Position numbers and translations under genes: made by a program. A stretch of DNA of 64,000 nucleotides from the NCBI RefSeq assembly GCF_009914755.1, contig NC_060938.1, one strand, 5' to 3'. Positions 13,137 to 27,014 of this stretch are shown piece by piece (position 1 is the first letter of the stretch; each line of letters starts with the position of its first letter). Source of the DNA: the human T2T-CHM13v2.0 reference genome, Homo sapiens. The notes under the pieces are model-generated. The model saw only the letters and a program-made list of their open reading frames with translations, was not told the origin of the DNA and ran no database searches.

Positions 13137-13659
13137 GCAAATTTTCTTAATGAGTATGGACAATCTACATCTTCAGCTAACTTTTGCTTACCTTGTGCTA
13201 CCTCCCTTTGGTTTCTCTCCTACCTGGAGTGCTGAATCAAAACAAGACCATGGAGAAACCTGGGAGCTGCTGTTCCCTGAATATTCTTCCCTGTGGCCTC
13301 CTCCTCAGGGTCCTTTCTCCAGTTCCAACATCTAGCCCTAATGGCCCAGCCTGGCCACAGGGGCAATCTCAGGCCATTTCAAGTTGGTCCCTAAGGGAAG
13401 AAGCTGTGTTTCATTCCAAGGCAGACTGTAAGGGTCATGAACCCCTTGAGGCCCATGACTTCACATCACCCATCATCCAGGCACTTCACATCTCAAGAAC
13501 CATCACCTATACAGGCATACCTTAGAGATACTGTTCAATTCCAGCCATTGCAATAAAGTGACTATCACAATAAAGTAAGTCACACAAATATTTTGGTTTC
13601 CCAATATATATATAATTTATGTTTATACTATACTGTAGTCTATTAAGAATGCAATAGTG

Positions 13660-13872
13660 TCTGGCCAACATGGTGAAACCCCGTCTCTACTAAAAATACA
13701 AAAATTAGCTGGGCATGGTGGCATGGTGCTGGGCACCTGTGATCCCACCTACTTAGGAGGCTGAGGCAGAAGAATCACTTGAACTCAGGAGACGTAGGTT
13801 GCAGTGAGCAGAGATCATTCCACTGCACTCCAGCCTGGGCAACAGAACAAGACTCCATCTCAAAAAAAAAAA
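13660..13872 (+). mobile_element. 5'-truncated Alu inside Tigger1
   Basis: TSD AAGAATGCAATAG on both sides. Confidence 0.93.
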
Positions 13873-14329
13873 AAGAATGCAATAGCATTATGCCTAAAAA
13901 AACAATGTATATACTTTAACTAAAAAACACTTTATTGCTAAAAAATGTTAACAATCATCTGAGCCTTCAGCAAGCCATAATCTTTTTGCTGGTGGAGGGT
14001 CTTGCCTCGATGTTGATAGGTGCTGACCAATCAGGCTGGTGGTTGCCAAAGGTTGGGGTGATTGTGGCAATTTCTTAAAATAAGACAACAATGAAGTTGC
14101 AACAACAATGGACTCTTCCTTTCATGAGAGATTTTTCTATAGCATGCAATGCTGTTTGATAACATTTTACCGACAGCAGAATTTCTTTCAAAATTAGAGT
14201 TAATCCTCTCAAACCCTGCTGCTGCTTTATCAGCTAAGCTTACGGAATACTCTAAATCCTTTGTGGTCATTTTAACAATGTTTCTAGCACCTTAATAAGG
14301 AGCACATGCCATATCAAGAAATCACTTTC

Positions 14330-14622
14330 AGTTGGGCATGGTGGCTCCCACCTGTAATCCCAGCACTTTGGGAGGCCAAGGTGGGTGGGTTGCTTGAGCC
14401 CAGTTCAAGACCAGCCTGGGCAATGTGGCGAAACTCTGTCTCCACAAAAAATACAAAAATTAGCCGGGTGTGGTGGCACATGCCTGTAGTCCCTGCTACT
14501 TGAGAGGTTGAGATGGGAGGATCACCTGAGCCTGAGCTGGGGAAGTGGAGGTTGCAGTGGGGTAAGATCAAGCCACTGCACTCCGGCCTGGGTGAAAAAG
14601 CAAGACCCTGTCTTGAAAAAAA
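14330..14622 (+). mobile_element. AluJ-like element inside Tigger1
   Basis: Dimer with TTGCTTGAGCCCAG and GGGAGGATCACCTGAGCC; tail runs into the purine tract. Confidence 0.93.
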
Positions 14623-15399
14623 AGAAAGAAAAGAAAAAAGAAAAGAAAAGAAAAGGAGGGGAAGGGGGAGGGGAGGGGGAGGAGGAAGGGGAAGGGAGGG
14701 GGAGGAGAGGAGGAAGAGGAGGGGGAGGAGAGAGGAGGAGGGGGAGGAGAGGGGAGGAGGAGGGGGAGGAGAGGGGAGGAGGAGGGGGAGGAGAGGGGAG
14801 GAGGAGGGGGAGGAGAGGGGAGGAGGAGGGGGAGGAGAGACGAGGAGGAGGGGGAGGAGAGGGGAGGAGGAGGGGGAGGAGAGGGGAGGAGGAGGGGGAG
14901 GAGAGGGGAGGAGGAGGGGGAGGAGAGACGAGGAGGAGGGGGAGGAGAGGGGAGGAGGAGGGGGAGGAGAGGGGAGGAGGAGGGGGAGGAGAGGGGAGGA
15001 GGAGGGGGAGGAGAGGGGAAGGGGAAGAAGGGGAGGGGGAGGGAAGGGGGAAGGGGAAGAGGGGATGGGGAGGGGAGGGAGAGGGGGAGGGAGGAAGAAG
15101 GGGAGGGGGAGGGAAGGGGGAGGGGAAGGGGGGGAGGGGGAAGAAGGGGATGGGGGAAGAAGGGGGGAAGAAAGGGAGGAGAGGAGGAGGGAAGAAAGGG
15201 AGGGGAGGGGGGAAGAAGGGGGGAAGAAAGGGAGGGGGAGGGGGAAGAAGGGGAGGGGGAGGGGGAAGAAGGGAGGGGGGAAGAAGGGGAGGGGGAGGGG
15301 GAAGAAGGGAGGGGGAAGAAGGGGAGGGGGAAGAAGGGGAGGGGGAGGGGAGGGGAGGGGAGGGGAAGGGAGGGGAGGGGAGGGGAGGGAAGGGAGAAA
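14615..15399 (+). repeat. Polypurine tract with a 22-bp minisatellite (AGGGGGAGGAGAGGGGAGGAGG)n
   Basis: About 780 bp with only four pyrimidines seen (14841, 14929, 15066, 15151); regular 22-mers from ~14720 to ~15015. Confidence 0.97.
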
Positions 15400-15829
15400 T
15401 AGGACCTTGCTCTCAATTAGGCTTTAGCTTAAGGGAATGTTGTGACTGGTTTGTTCTTTCATCCAGACCATTCAAACTTTCTCCATATCAGCAACAAGTC
15501 TGTTTTACTTTCTTATAATTTATGTGTTCACTGGAGTAGTACTTTTAATTTCTTTCCAGAATTTTTCTTTTGCAATCACAAGTTAACTAACTGTTTGGTG
15601 CAAGAGACCTAGCTTTCAGCCTATCTTAGCTTTTGACATGCCTCCCTCACTAAGCACTGTCATCTCTAACTTTTAATTTAAAGTGAGAGACACGTGACTC
15701 TTCCCTTCACTTGTACACTTAGAGGCGATTGTAGGGTTATTCATTGGCTCAGTTTTAAGAAGCCAAAAGAAGGCTTTTGGCCTTCTGGGTGTATCTCCAC
15801 TCATTTGGACATGCATTATGTCTCACTGT

Positions 15830-16065
15830 TTTTCTTTCATTCATCCATCTTAGTAACCATTATTGAGCACCTAGTGTGTACAGGCTCATGCGGGAGACAC
15901 AGTAATGAACAAAATAAACATGGCTCCTGTCCTCTGGGTGTTATACTCTTGAGGGCAGACAAATGATAAACAATCAGACAAATAGCTGCATCATTACAGA
16001 GTCATGATACATGCTTTCTGAGAGTACAGGACAGCATGAAGGAACATAACAGGCCGATCTAATGA
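15830..16065 (-). mobile_element. L2 3' end
   Basis: TTCATTCATCC...TATTGAGCACCTAGTGTGTACAGGC. Confidence 0.75.
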
Positions 16066-16736
16066 AGGACACTTGTGCAACAGCATTTGTCGGGCCATCT
16101 GTCCTGAATGCTTGGCCCGGTGGGTGCTACAGCCACAACATGCTTCTCATAGTTGCCTTCCAGGTCTGGTGAGGATTCCTTAAAAGAAAAGCAGCTGTCA
16201 TTCAGGGTTTGCCTCAGAAAGAAATCAGGATTGGCATCCTCCTTCGTTTGCTTTGATTTGTAGAGTTTGAAGAGACTTCAAGAAGCCAGATCACCTGCCT
16301 CACAACTCTGGGGCATCATTCACATCACAGTCTATGAATGGAGCTTCCAGAATTGCACACACAGCCAGTTAATGACAAACCCTGAAATTTTAAGTTAAAG
16401 TTTTAATTTGATGGAAGGATAATTGAGCGACTGTGACCCTACAGAACATTTGTTACCACTCCTCTCCCATTCTGCCTTTAAAATGACATTGGCAGAGATT
16501 TCAACTATCCTCAATAACTCTCTTCGGGAAGCGTGAAAATCACTCTAATGAATTCCATACTTCCATGCTTTGCTTTGTAGTGGTGGGCACTGGCCTGAAT
16601 GGAAACCTTTCGTCTGGTGGCTTAACCATTCCACTATAAAGGAAGGAAGGCAAGAGGAGAAAACAAGGAGGCAAGGAAGGAAAGAAAAGAAAGAAAAGGA
16701 GATGGAGAAAAAGAAAGAGAATGAGAAGGAGGAGGA

Positions 16737-16988
16737 GAGGCTGAGGTGGGAAGATCACTTGAGGCCAAAGTTCAAGACCAGCCTGGGCAACATAGCAAGA
16801 CCTCATCTCTACAAAAAATAAAAAATTAGCCAGGCATGATGGTATGCACCTATAGTCCTAGCTACTCAGGAGGCTGAGGCAGGAGGATCGCTTGAGCCCA
16901 GTAATTAGAATGCAACAAGGTAGAATTGTGCCACTATGCTCCAGCCTGGGCAACAGGGTAGGACCCTGTTTAAAAAAAAAAAAAAAAA
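16737..16988 (+). mobile_element. AluJ-like element, 5' truncated, preceded by GA-rich low complexity
   Basis: GAGGCTGAGGTGGGAAGATCACTTGAGGCC...poly-A. Confidence 0.92.
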
Positions 16989-17024
16989 TAGAGGAAGGGA
17001 CAAAAAAGAGGAGAAATAAAAATA

Positions 17025-17167
17025 AAACAAATATTTAATGCATTATTTTACATTAATGTAAACAAATCCATGATGAACAAACTATCAAAATGTTCAATGA
17101 AGACAGGCTCAATATCACTGATTTTTCCTTTTGTCTGAGGTTCCAGTATGGCTCAGCATGACACGGA
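17025..17167. mobile_element. hAT-type MITE fragment (MER96B-like, family uncertain)
   Basis: ACTGATTTTTCCTTTTGTCTGAGGTTCCAGTATGGCTCAGCATGACAC resembles a recalled terminal sequence. Confidence 0.4.
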
Positions 17168-17239
17168 CACCCACATTCATTTATGGGAGCGTGCTGGCTT
17201 TGTTTGTTCTTACTAAGATTTGAGAATCCGTGGGCCCAG

Positions 17240-17455
17240 GTGAATATCTGGAGCTGGTGTGTAGTAGCTAGCGAGAGCCTATTCAATGCAACTCTTTCCA
17301 ACTCCATGTTAAGAACATGATATTGATATCAAACATGGTGAGAGTGTTTAATCAGGGAAATTGGCTAAGGCTACAAATTAGGGGCTTCCTCCCCAACCCC
17401 CCACCCCCCAACATCGCCACCCCCAGATTGCTGGTTTACCAACATCTGCCTACTG
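17240..17455. mobile_element. MER63-like hAT-Blackjack element
   Basis: CTGGAGCTGG...GCGAGAGCC...TTCCAACTCCATGTT...GCTACAAATTAGGG. Confidence 0.6.
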
Positions 17456-17514
17456 GAAGGCTTACTTACTCTCTGTTTAGGAACAAACACCAGTGAGGGC
17501 AGGTTTTAGTTAAA

Positions 17515-17746
17515 GCTGTCTCTACTATGGGTACAATCGACATTTGGGCCTGGCTAATTCTTTGTTATGGAGGCTGCCCTGTGCCTTGTAGGATGTTTAG
17601 CAGCTCCCCTGGCTTCTACCTTCTAGATGCTGATAACACACTCTTGTTACCCCAATGGTGACAACCGAAAGTCCGCAAACACTGCCAAATGTTCCAGGGG
17701 GTGAGGAGGGGCTGGGAAGGGGATGGCAATTTGTTTGGTTCGAGAA
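17515..17746. mobile_element. MER20 (hAT-Charlie)
   Basis: GACATTTGGGCCTGGCTAATTCTTTGTTATGGAGGCTGCCCTGTGCCTTGTAGGATGTTTAGCAGC. Confidence 0.85.
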
Positions 17747-17939
17747 GGGACAGCCCCAAACTGAAGAAGCCAGAATGCTGTGCAAAGACAGCAGTTACTT
17801 TCTGCGCTTTCCAGCACAAGGAGGCAGCGGTTGTAGCCTGCTGACCTTGGAATGATCCCACTGGGAGGTGGGGTTGGGGAGGTGGGGGAAGTACTTTCCC
17901 AGTTCCTTGGTGGAGGTTTGTCAAGCTTCTCTTTGCCTG

Positions 17940-18130
17940 AGGATTGGCCTCCTTAGACAAACAAACATTTGGTTAGTTTGACGGGTAATCCAAATTATGA
18001 TTAGAAACAGATTACCTAGCTCGAGACTTGTTTGGCGGGGAACAAAACCACCCACACAGATCCCTAATCACTTTCCAGGAAGAGGCCTCTCTTTAACTGG
18101 GATTGGGGACAAAAGCCTTTTCTTGAACTT
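17940..18130. promoter_or_regulatory. Candidate enhancer with a TAATC homeodomain-site cluster and a GAS site
   Basis: TAATCC 17986, TGATTAG 17998, AGATTA 18009, CTAATCA 18064, TTCCAGGAA 18073-18081. Confidence 0.35.
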
Positions 18131-18333
18131 TTAATCTTTTCATATATTCTTAGATCCTTGTGCCTCTCCTTGAAAAAAGGAGGCAGCCTCTAGCCAAGTT
18201 GAGTCTCTGAGCATACTCCACTGCCAGTGCAGGGTCAGGCTATAGTGAGTGTACAAAGGGTGGTCACCTGCAATCAGAACTTGCATGCTAGATTTCCGAT
18301 TTTCTAATCACCAAGATTTTGAATGAAATATAA

Positions 18334-18660
<327 letters not shown>

Positions 18661-19129
18661 AGCATTCAACTATTTTTAAAGAATATTTAATTTACCATGT
18701 TTAAAAACAGTTTGCAATAAATTTTCAGCCACTCCGTCCTATGTCATACTCACATATGCACACACACACACCCACACACCCACACACACACACACACACT
18801 CATTTTGGCAGCAGCTATAGCCAGATGGTATCTTCATCCTGGATGCCTTTTGATTCCCAACACACAGCTGTTGAGTCAGCCCTCATGTTTTCCAGCTGTT
18901 GTTTGCAGAATTAGAAGCTGGACAACTGAGGGAGAAGAGACAAAGCTGGGCTAAGTGAAAGAGGACAGAACCAATGTGTCCCTTTTTTGGAATCTCAAAG
19001 ATCCAAGGACTGTGTTGGCAGAATCAGGACTGGTCATTTAGGCACCAGAAAACACTCATCCACCTGCTGTCACCCATGCAACCAGAAACCAAGCCTTTCT
19101 TTAGGTGGTTAAGGAAACTAAACAACTTG

Positions 19130-20000
19130 CCATTTCATCTAGTATCCATGGGATGACCACTCCCAAATCTCTATCTTTAGCCTTACCACATACTTGAGCT
19201 CCAGATCTGAATTTCCAGTGCCTATTGGTCAGGTGCAGATGTACATCCTGCCAGCCCCTCAAATGCAATGTGATCTACATAGGGATCACCATTCCCAGCC
19301 TAGCAGCCCCTCTTCTGGGGCTCCCCCTCTCCGTGGTATCCCTCCCTGTCCACACAGGGGCTTGAAGCCTTGTGTCACCTTCAAAGCCACCTTCTCCACT
19401 CCGATACCCACTCTCTCATATCTGCCTCTTATTTTCATTTCTACGGAAACAATTCTCTCTCCCGCCTAAATGACTGCACCATTCTGGCACCAGTCACTCT
19501 GTCTCACCCAGACACTGTTTCCTAAATAGCTCAAACATTGCCTCCTGCTTGTCAAACATCAGTGGCTCTTCTTGACCTATAATGCTCCTAAACAAGTCTT
19601 TCAAGGGCAGCTATGGTTTACCTGCAACCCCATTTTGCTATTCTCATCTGTCCTTGGGTCCTTCCCTGTCTTCCAGCCCTTACAAATTACTTGTCTAAGG
19701 TATAAAATGGCAAACACACCCTACCCTTGCTAAAGCTACTTCCTCATCCCTTTTTCTGACTATTAACATTAGTCCTAGATCAAATGCTGCCTCCTTACCC
19801 TGGAAAACCTGTTTCCTCTTCGTTCCCGTGATACTTTGTAATACATAATACATATTTTAATAGGCTTTATTCTTTAGAGCTATTTACATCTCACATATAC
19901 ATTTTATGCTCTAGCCAGTCCTCCCCCTGGACTGAGGGAGGAGGCACAATACCTACATCTACTAGTTAATTGCTTGGGAAATAGTTGTTGAATGAAAACC
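19130..20000 (+). mobile_element. Degenerate L2
   Basis: ACTCCCAAATCTCTATCTTTAGCC...TCAAATGCTGCCTCC...AATAGTTGTTGAATGAA. Confidence 0.6.
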
Positions 20001-21170
20001 AATTCCTAGAAAAAGACAGCCCAATGAGACAGGTGAGATCAGGATAAGATTAACTTCAGGGGCAAGTGTATCCAAAGCATAATATATAATAACAGGGGTG
20101 TGTGGGGAGGTGGGAAGGACAGGGGCAGAACCACACCCCCTTTTTGGCATTGAGAAAAGGGAGGAGGCCCACCCCACATTAAATCTGCAATTCCCTCAGG
20201 GATCCACCACCTTCATCTATGGGAAGGATGGCAACTAAGCAATGTCCCAATGACTGTGCCAGCACAGAGGACAACCTGAACACTCCCCCAGAGCTGAGGG
20301 TTCAGAAACCAACCCCCCGGAAGTTGGCTGTGCCAAGCACACACTACTAAGCTTTGCTCCAAAGAGTCCCTTAAATGTGGCAACTTGATACTAAATCTTC
20401 CCTTAGTGCTGATCACCTGTTTAAACTGTGGTTCTTCTACTTGAAATGATCTTTTTTCAAAAAGCCTCAGAGGACTACTGATTAATTACAAGGAAAACAC
20501 ACTTCCTAACCCAAAAGTTACTTTAAAAGGTGTCGACCCTGTTGAAATGACTAGAAAAACTGAAAAGGTGGAGAGGCCAATGCATTATTATTTTTTTAAA
20601 CTCATATTCAAATCTTACTTGTTGAGCACCTACCCTATTCACAGAAGTTACTGGATCTGTCACATGTCACACGAGGTAAGTGGTGTTATCTCCTTTTCAG
20701 AAACGAGAAAACTGAGATTCAGGAGCATGTATGTGAGTTTACTTTGTCTCTTAATTAGCTCATAAGTTTTTTGAAGTGAGCCCATGTGTACTCAAACCTA
20801 TAGTGTCTTCCACAGTGTCAAAGAATGCTACATGTTCGACAGATACTTACTGAGCCTCAAAAGTAAGATGTCCTACCTTTTTACGGAAGACATGTCTTTG
20901 GTAATTTTTCTCCTTCTATACACCAGAAGCCACCTCCTCTCGCCTCTCAGAACCCCCACGTGGCAGCCAGGAGAATGAGCCCCCAGCCTTCCATCCACAA
21001 GGAGTGCGTAATTAACAGAGCGCCTCAGGTGCTGAGCTCCGGAAGCCCAGGGCCAGGTCCCACCTCCTATGGGCTCCCAACCTTCAGTTGACTTTGTCTG
21101 GCCTAAAGTCCTCCACGGCCTTGCCAAACTTTCCTCAGACTGCAGAGGAAGGTATAAAGCACTCCACCCA

Positions 21171-21544
<374 letters not shown>

Positions 21545-22258
21545 TTAGCTCCCTTGCCACTTTCTCGTAGACTTTCACACTACTAAAATCCTGCCATGTT
21601 TGATCTTGTCTTGATGTCTGCTTCTTGGGGGACTGGGGACTAACATGCCCCAGTTTTTGCTTGAATAAATAATCTGTAATCTTCATTCCCTTAAGAATAT
21701 TTAGCAAACACCTATTATGTGCTGGGAATACAGGGGTGAACAACAAAAGCATCTGTGCCCTCATCAGTAACAGATTAATCAAATAATTGCAAAAATTAAA
21801 AGTAGAGGGACCTGTGATGAGATGAGAGGGGAGAACCTGACCTATTCTATGGGAGTGGGAGAGAATCCCCTGAAGGATGAGGAGTTAACCAGGCAGAGGT
21901 GTGAAGTATTTCAGGCTGATGAACAGAAGGTGCAAGGCCCTGGGCTAGTAGGGAGCTCCCCAAACAAAAGGACTTGGAGGAGGCTTCAGACAAAGGAGGG
22001 GAATGCAGAGCAATGTGACTGAAGAGGACGGCCCTTAAGAGACTGAAGAGGATGGCCTTGTGGGCCATCTTGGGAATTTGGAAAGACAATTTCTCTTTCT
22101 AGAGTGCCAGCTCTTTGAAAGCAATTACCTTGTAGCAGCCCTCTTTGCTAGTTCTGCCTTGCACAATGCAAATGCTCACTAAATATTTGTTGAATCAAAC
22201 TAATAGAAATCAGTAAGGAAATAACTCAATTTTTTTTTGTGTGTTATTCTCCCTATCA

Positions 22259-22725
<467 letters not shown>

Positions 22726-24067
22726 TATATATATATTGACCTTACCACTTCCTACTTGGGTGACCTTAAGTTACCTAATGTCACTGCATCTCAGTGTCCT
22801 CATCTGTAAAGCAGAATTGATCCACTACCTCCATTGAAGCACTGGGGATGGGAGATGGGTACAGGAAATTGTTATAGAAAGTACCTTCAGCATACTGTCT
22901 GGTGCAGAGCAAGCGTCCAATAAATGGTACCAATTGTTAATATTCACACGTGGTCCTCTCGGCTGAGATAAGAGAACATGCACAGGGAGACTTCCCAAAC
23001 CAGAGGGAGTTGTCACAAACTGTCATCAGAAGTGCATGGGATCACTTCTGATGCAAGAGGCCAGCTTTAAGGACCCACTGGGTAGGCCGCAAACCTTGAT
23101 GCCTGGCCAAGCCCAGGCTTGCACTTTACACACTTGGACTCTGAATCCCACAGTAGTATTTAAATATAGATCTGAACACCAGACTAGACAGTGCACCACT
23201 AATGTGCGGGTATATGCAACATGCTCAAAAGGCAAACAGCGGCTAGGGAAAGGACACACTGCTTCTAGCTTTTCTGTCCTGGAGGACAGAGGCTGCGCCT
23301 TTTTTTGGCTCCATTTCAGAGCAGTAAAAGGCAGCATCATGAGCAGACACGGCCTAGTTCCTGCCTCTCAGGTTTGTTTTCCCATGTGGGACATTGCAGT
23401 TAGATCCTGAGCTTAGAAGAAAATGCCTACGGAATCAAAAAGGATAAAAGGAGGAAAAATACCTGGCTTCTGCCCCAAACGCTGTGCCCTAGCTGGCTCC
23501 AGCTGCCTTGGAATGGGGCAGGGTGGTTGGGTTGTAATTGCCCGGGCAGAGATATGAGGTATGCAGGCCTACGTGCACTGCCTCACACATCACTTGGCTG
23601 GGAGGGGCTCTGTTTAGTCAGTGTCCAGCTGATAACGACCTGAATCCTTAGGATGCCAGCTGCCTGCCAAGCTGGACATGTACAGACAGTGGCACCCAGA
23701 GGTCCAGGAGACAGAACAAAGGGCCTGTTACTGAGTCAGCCCTGTCTAAGTGTGTCATCCTTACTGAAAAAGGTTTTGGGCAGGCTGGCAGAGAGGCTAT
23801 GTCCCAGGAAGCCCAGAATTCTGGAATGGAGACAGTCAAATTCTAAAGGGGTTCTCTGCTGGCAGATTCCTGTCATTGATTCAACCTGGGCTCTCTCACT
23901 AGGATCTGGCAGTTGGGCCATACCTTCCTAAGAGTATTCTTTTCCCTGCCTCCCACTGTTGCCAGGCCCAGCTGGTGCTGGCTCTCTTAGTGCCCTCTTG
24001 TTTAGGGGGACCGCATCCATCAGGGCCTTAAACCTTCCCTCTCCCCTTTTCACCAGGACATAATGAT

Positions 24068-24330
24068 ATTAATGATGGCTAACACATATTTAGGACTTAT
24101 ATCAGCCACTTACTGCTCTAAGCACTTCACATATATGTTGACTAATTTACTCATCACAACCACACTATGAGATGTGTACCATTATTTTCCCATTTAACAG
24201 ATGAGTAAACTAAGGCACAGAGAGTAAATACCTTACCCAAAGTCATGCAGATAGCAAGGTGACAGAGCCAGGAAGCAAGTCCAGGTGGTCTGAACCCAGA
24301 GTCCCTGCTCCTAACCATTATGCTATATTT
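24068..24330 (-). mobile_element. MIR, near full length
   Basis: CTCATCACAACCACACTATGAGATG...CATTTAACAGATGAGTAAACTAAGGCACAGAGAG. Confidence 0.87.
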
Positions 24331-24640
24331 CTTCTCGGTTCATGACCAAGTTCTTACTGATTAAAATTAGTTTAAAATCAACCGATTCCTAGGCCTGCTT
24401 TTCCAGAATGAACAGCACTCAAGCTCAGAGCTGGGATTTCATAACTTCCTATTTTGTGTATAGTAAAATTGAGAAATGTTTACAAATTAGGAGAGGCTAG
24501 GAAGGGAAGCCAAGCAGCTCAAAAATGTGATATCAGCTTTGTGATGAAAACTGGTCTTTTCAGCCAAGTGAGTACTTGGACAAAATATCCCTCTCAATGC
24601 AAGCTATGCCTTAGATTTTCTAGTTTAAGAGACACTTGTG

Positions 24641-24810
24641 ATACTAAAATTAGTCGGGTGTGGTGGCGGGCACCTGTAATCCCAGCTACTTGGGAGGCTT
24701 GAGGCAGGAGAATCACTTGAACCTGGGAGGCAGATGTTGTAATAAACCAAGATCACGCCATTGCACTCCAGCCTGGGTGACAGAGTGAGACTCTGTCTCC
24801 AAAAAAAAAA
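24641..24810 (+). mobile_element. 5'-truncated Alu (right arm)
   Basis: TSD AAGAGACACTTGT. Confidence 0.92.
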
Positions 24811-27014
24811 AGAGACACTTGTAATTCAGTTAGGGGAACTGGGTACATAGTTAGGAAAAGCAGCTCATGGTTTGTTTATACCACTCCCCACTCCCACCAC
24901 CACCCAGGCACCTCACCCCAGGCAGAAATAGCAGCCTTACAAATTTGAATGTTGTGGCCAGATTCGTGAGCCAGTCCCAGAAAGAGGGAATTCTTTGTAG
25001 CCATGGAAGTAATGGATGATCTAACATTACTGACCACTTAATCGCTAGGTACTTTATGTCATTTAATGCTCGCAAAAAGCCTAGGACATTGTTACTATTT
25101 TCCCCATCTTGTAGATGAGAATGCTGATGTTCAGAGATCTTATATACCTGCTCAAAGTAAGTCCTGGTGAATCTAGGACTCAAACCCCATCTGAATCCAA
25201 ACGAGGGAAGGACTCAGTGCCAATTCAAGTCCAACTTTCCCAGGAGCCTTCCCTGTCTCCTCTGACCCACGTCAGCCCCTGTATTTTGACACAACTCTAT
25301 TACCTGTCATCTTGGCCACAATCTGCACTTATTACCATTGTTTCATGCTGGGCCAGTCTTATTAGCCAATAAGATTGTAAATTTTGGGGAGCAGTGACAC
25401 TGGGTTGAATTTTGTTTCAGGCTATTTCAGGACAGACAAACTGGGAGAGCTAAACACCTAGAACCACAGCCTGGTCTCCCTAGTCGCGGTAGGTCCGTCA
25501 CTTCATCCCTAGAAAGTGCCAGTTTGGCTTTACGAGTTTCTAAACCATTCATTGGGAATAGTTTACATGTTATGCTTGCCCTCCTTTGTCAATCTCTTTA
25601 CTGCTACTGCAGTTGGGTCCAGATATTGCAAATCCTCCCCGAAAGTAACTAATTCTGACTGCATTGTCACAAACTTGGGTTTAGCACAAGAGGGAAAGGT
25701 AGCTGAGTTTCCAATTCTGCTTCTCTTTGACTGTAGCTCACCATGCTGCAGGCCCTTCCTCCCATGATGGTGCTAACCAACATAAGCCCTAAGCTCTAAT
25801 CTCAACCCTCTCCCAAATCCCAACATGTCAGACTAAATAATAATAAGGCCACAGGGCAGGCACACTGAGGCATGTGTGCATCATTACCCAAGTCAAAACC
25901 AAGATATATTCCAGGGCAGTTTACGATGCAGAAGTCACTCTTTAATTTAACAAACAAGCAAGAGGGCTGGGTGTTTCCTTCATTTCCCGAAGTAAAGAGC
26001 AAAAGCTTTTCTCATAGTAAAAAGCCTGAACCCACTCAACCTGATCCTGTCCTCCCAGTCAACAAGCACATTGATGTCAGTAAGAGTGTCCAGACATATA
26101 ATCATGTATGAAAGTCAACAAAAGGAAGGCATCATCTCTTTCTGCCACCTCTCCAGAAGATGTGATAGTGAAGGTGTTGTCAGCTAACTGCTTCAAAGGC
26201 AAGCAGGGCAGTAGGCTGTTCCATGTCCCCTGGGAACATGAACATTACTTCACACTACGATTTACTGAAACAAAAGCAAACAGGGACCAGCAGAGACAGC
26301 TGTGAAATGAGATGGTGACATCTTCCTGATGCCTTTCAGCTGCTTGGATCTCCCCATTTTAAGACAGATAATGAGGCCATCTTAGGCTCAGCCCTTTTCT
26401 GATCCCATCTCTTTTCACTACAATGTACCTGTGCAGTGTGCTGATCCCTCCATGTTTTTAAAGGGAAGTTCCTCTGATCAGTGACTCCGTCGGAATATGT
26501 CGATGTCTAGCCTCACACTACAGGGTGATGACAGGCAGCCTTTTTTTCCCTCCTCTTAGGTTATACGAGCGTCTTAAACATAGTGGAACTCACAATTCCA
26601 GCTTCATTCCAAACTAGTGAGATATTTCTCAGCTGCTTCCTCCACCTGCTCCTGAGGTCCAGAGTACAGGGCATTTGCCTAAGTCAGCATGCTAGGTGAT
26701 AACCACAAAGCTTTTCCTGCCAACCTTGCCATTTCCAAGCCCTTCTCTAACTGCATTCTCCTCTATTCTAGTCTCAACTCTGCTTGCTATTGTGGAGTGC
26801 TTCTCCAGGGATGCATGTGGAGGAAAAGGAAAAGGAACCAGAGATGAAGGGGACATCCTCCTCCCTGGCACTGTCTCCATCTCTCCACAGTTCACCCATC
26901 ATCTCCATTGGAAGGAAGGTACTCATGATCTTCATTGGAAGGAAGGCACCCAGAACCGCCCTGCAGAGACCATGAAATTAGTTGAGTGCTTCTCAAGAAA
27001 TCTGTGATAAAGGG

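Larger units (their letters stand above)
13512..15750 (-). mobile_element. Tigger1 DNA transposon remnant, internally deleted, interrupted by two Alus and a purine VNTR
   Basis: TA plus TIR CAGGCATACCT at 13510-13522; ORF 14031-14270(-) [36 protein letters not shown] matches the Tigger1/TIGD1 transposase C-terminus; 15401-15750 matches the N-terminal HTH region; non-functional. Confidence 0.93.

Noticed and set aside
14031-14270. ORF resembling TIGD1
   Set aside because: It is a decayed Tigger1 transposase fragment with the catalytic region missing, not a gene.
14508-15518. Long ORFs of 282-336 aa rich in G/E/R or P/S/L
   Set aside because: They are open only because the purine tract has no T to form stop codons, and they start inside an Alu.
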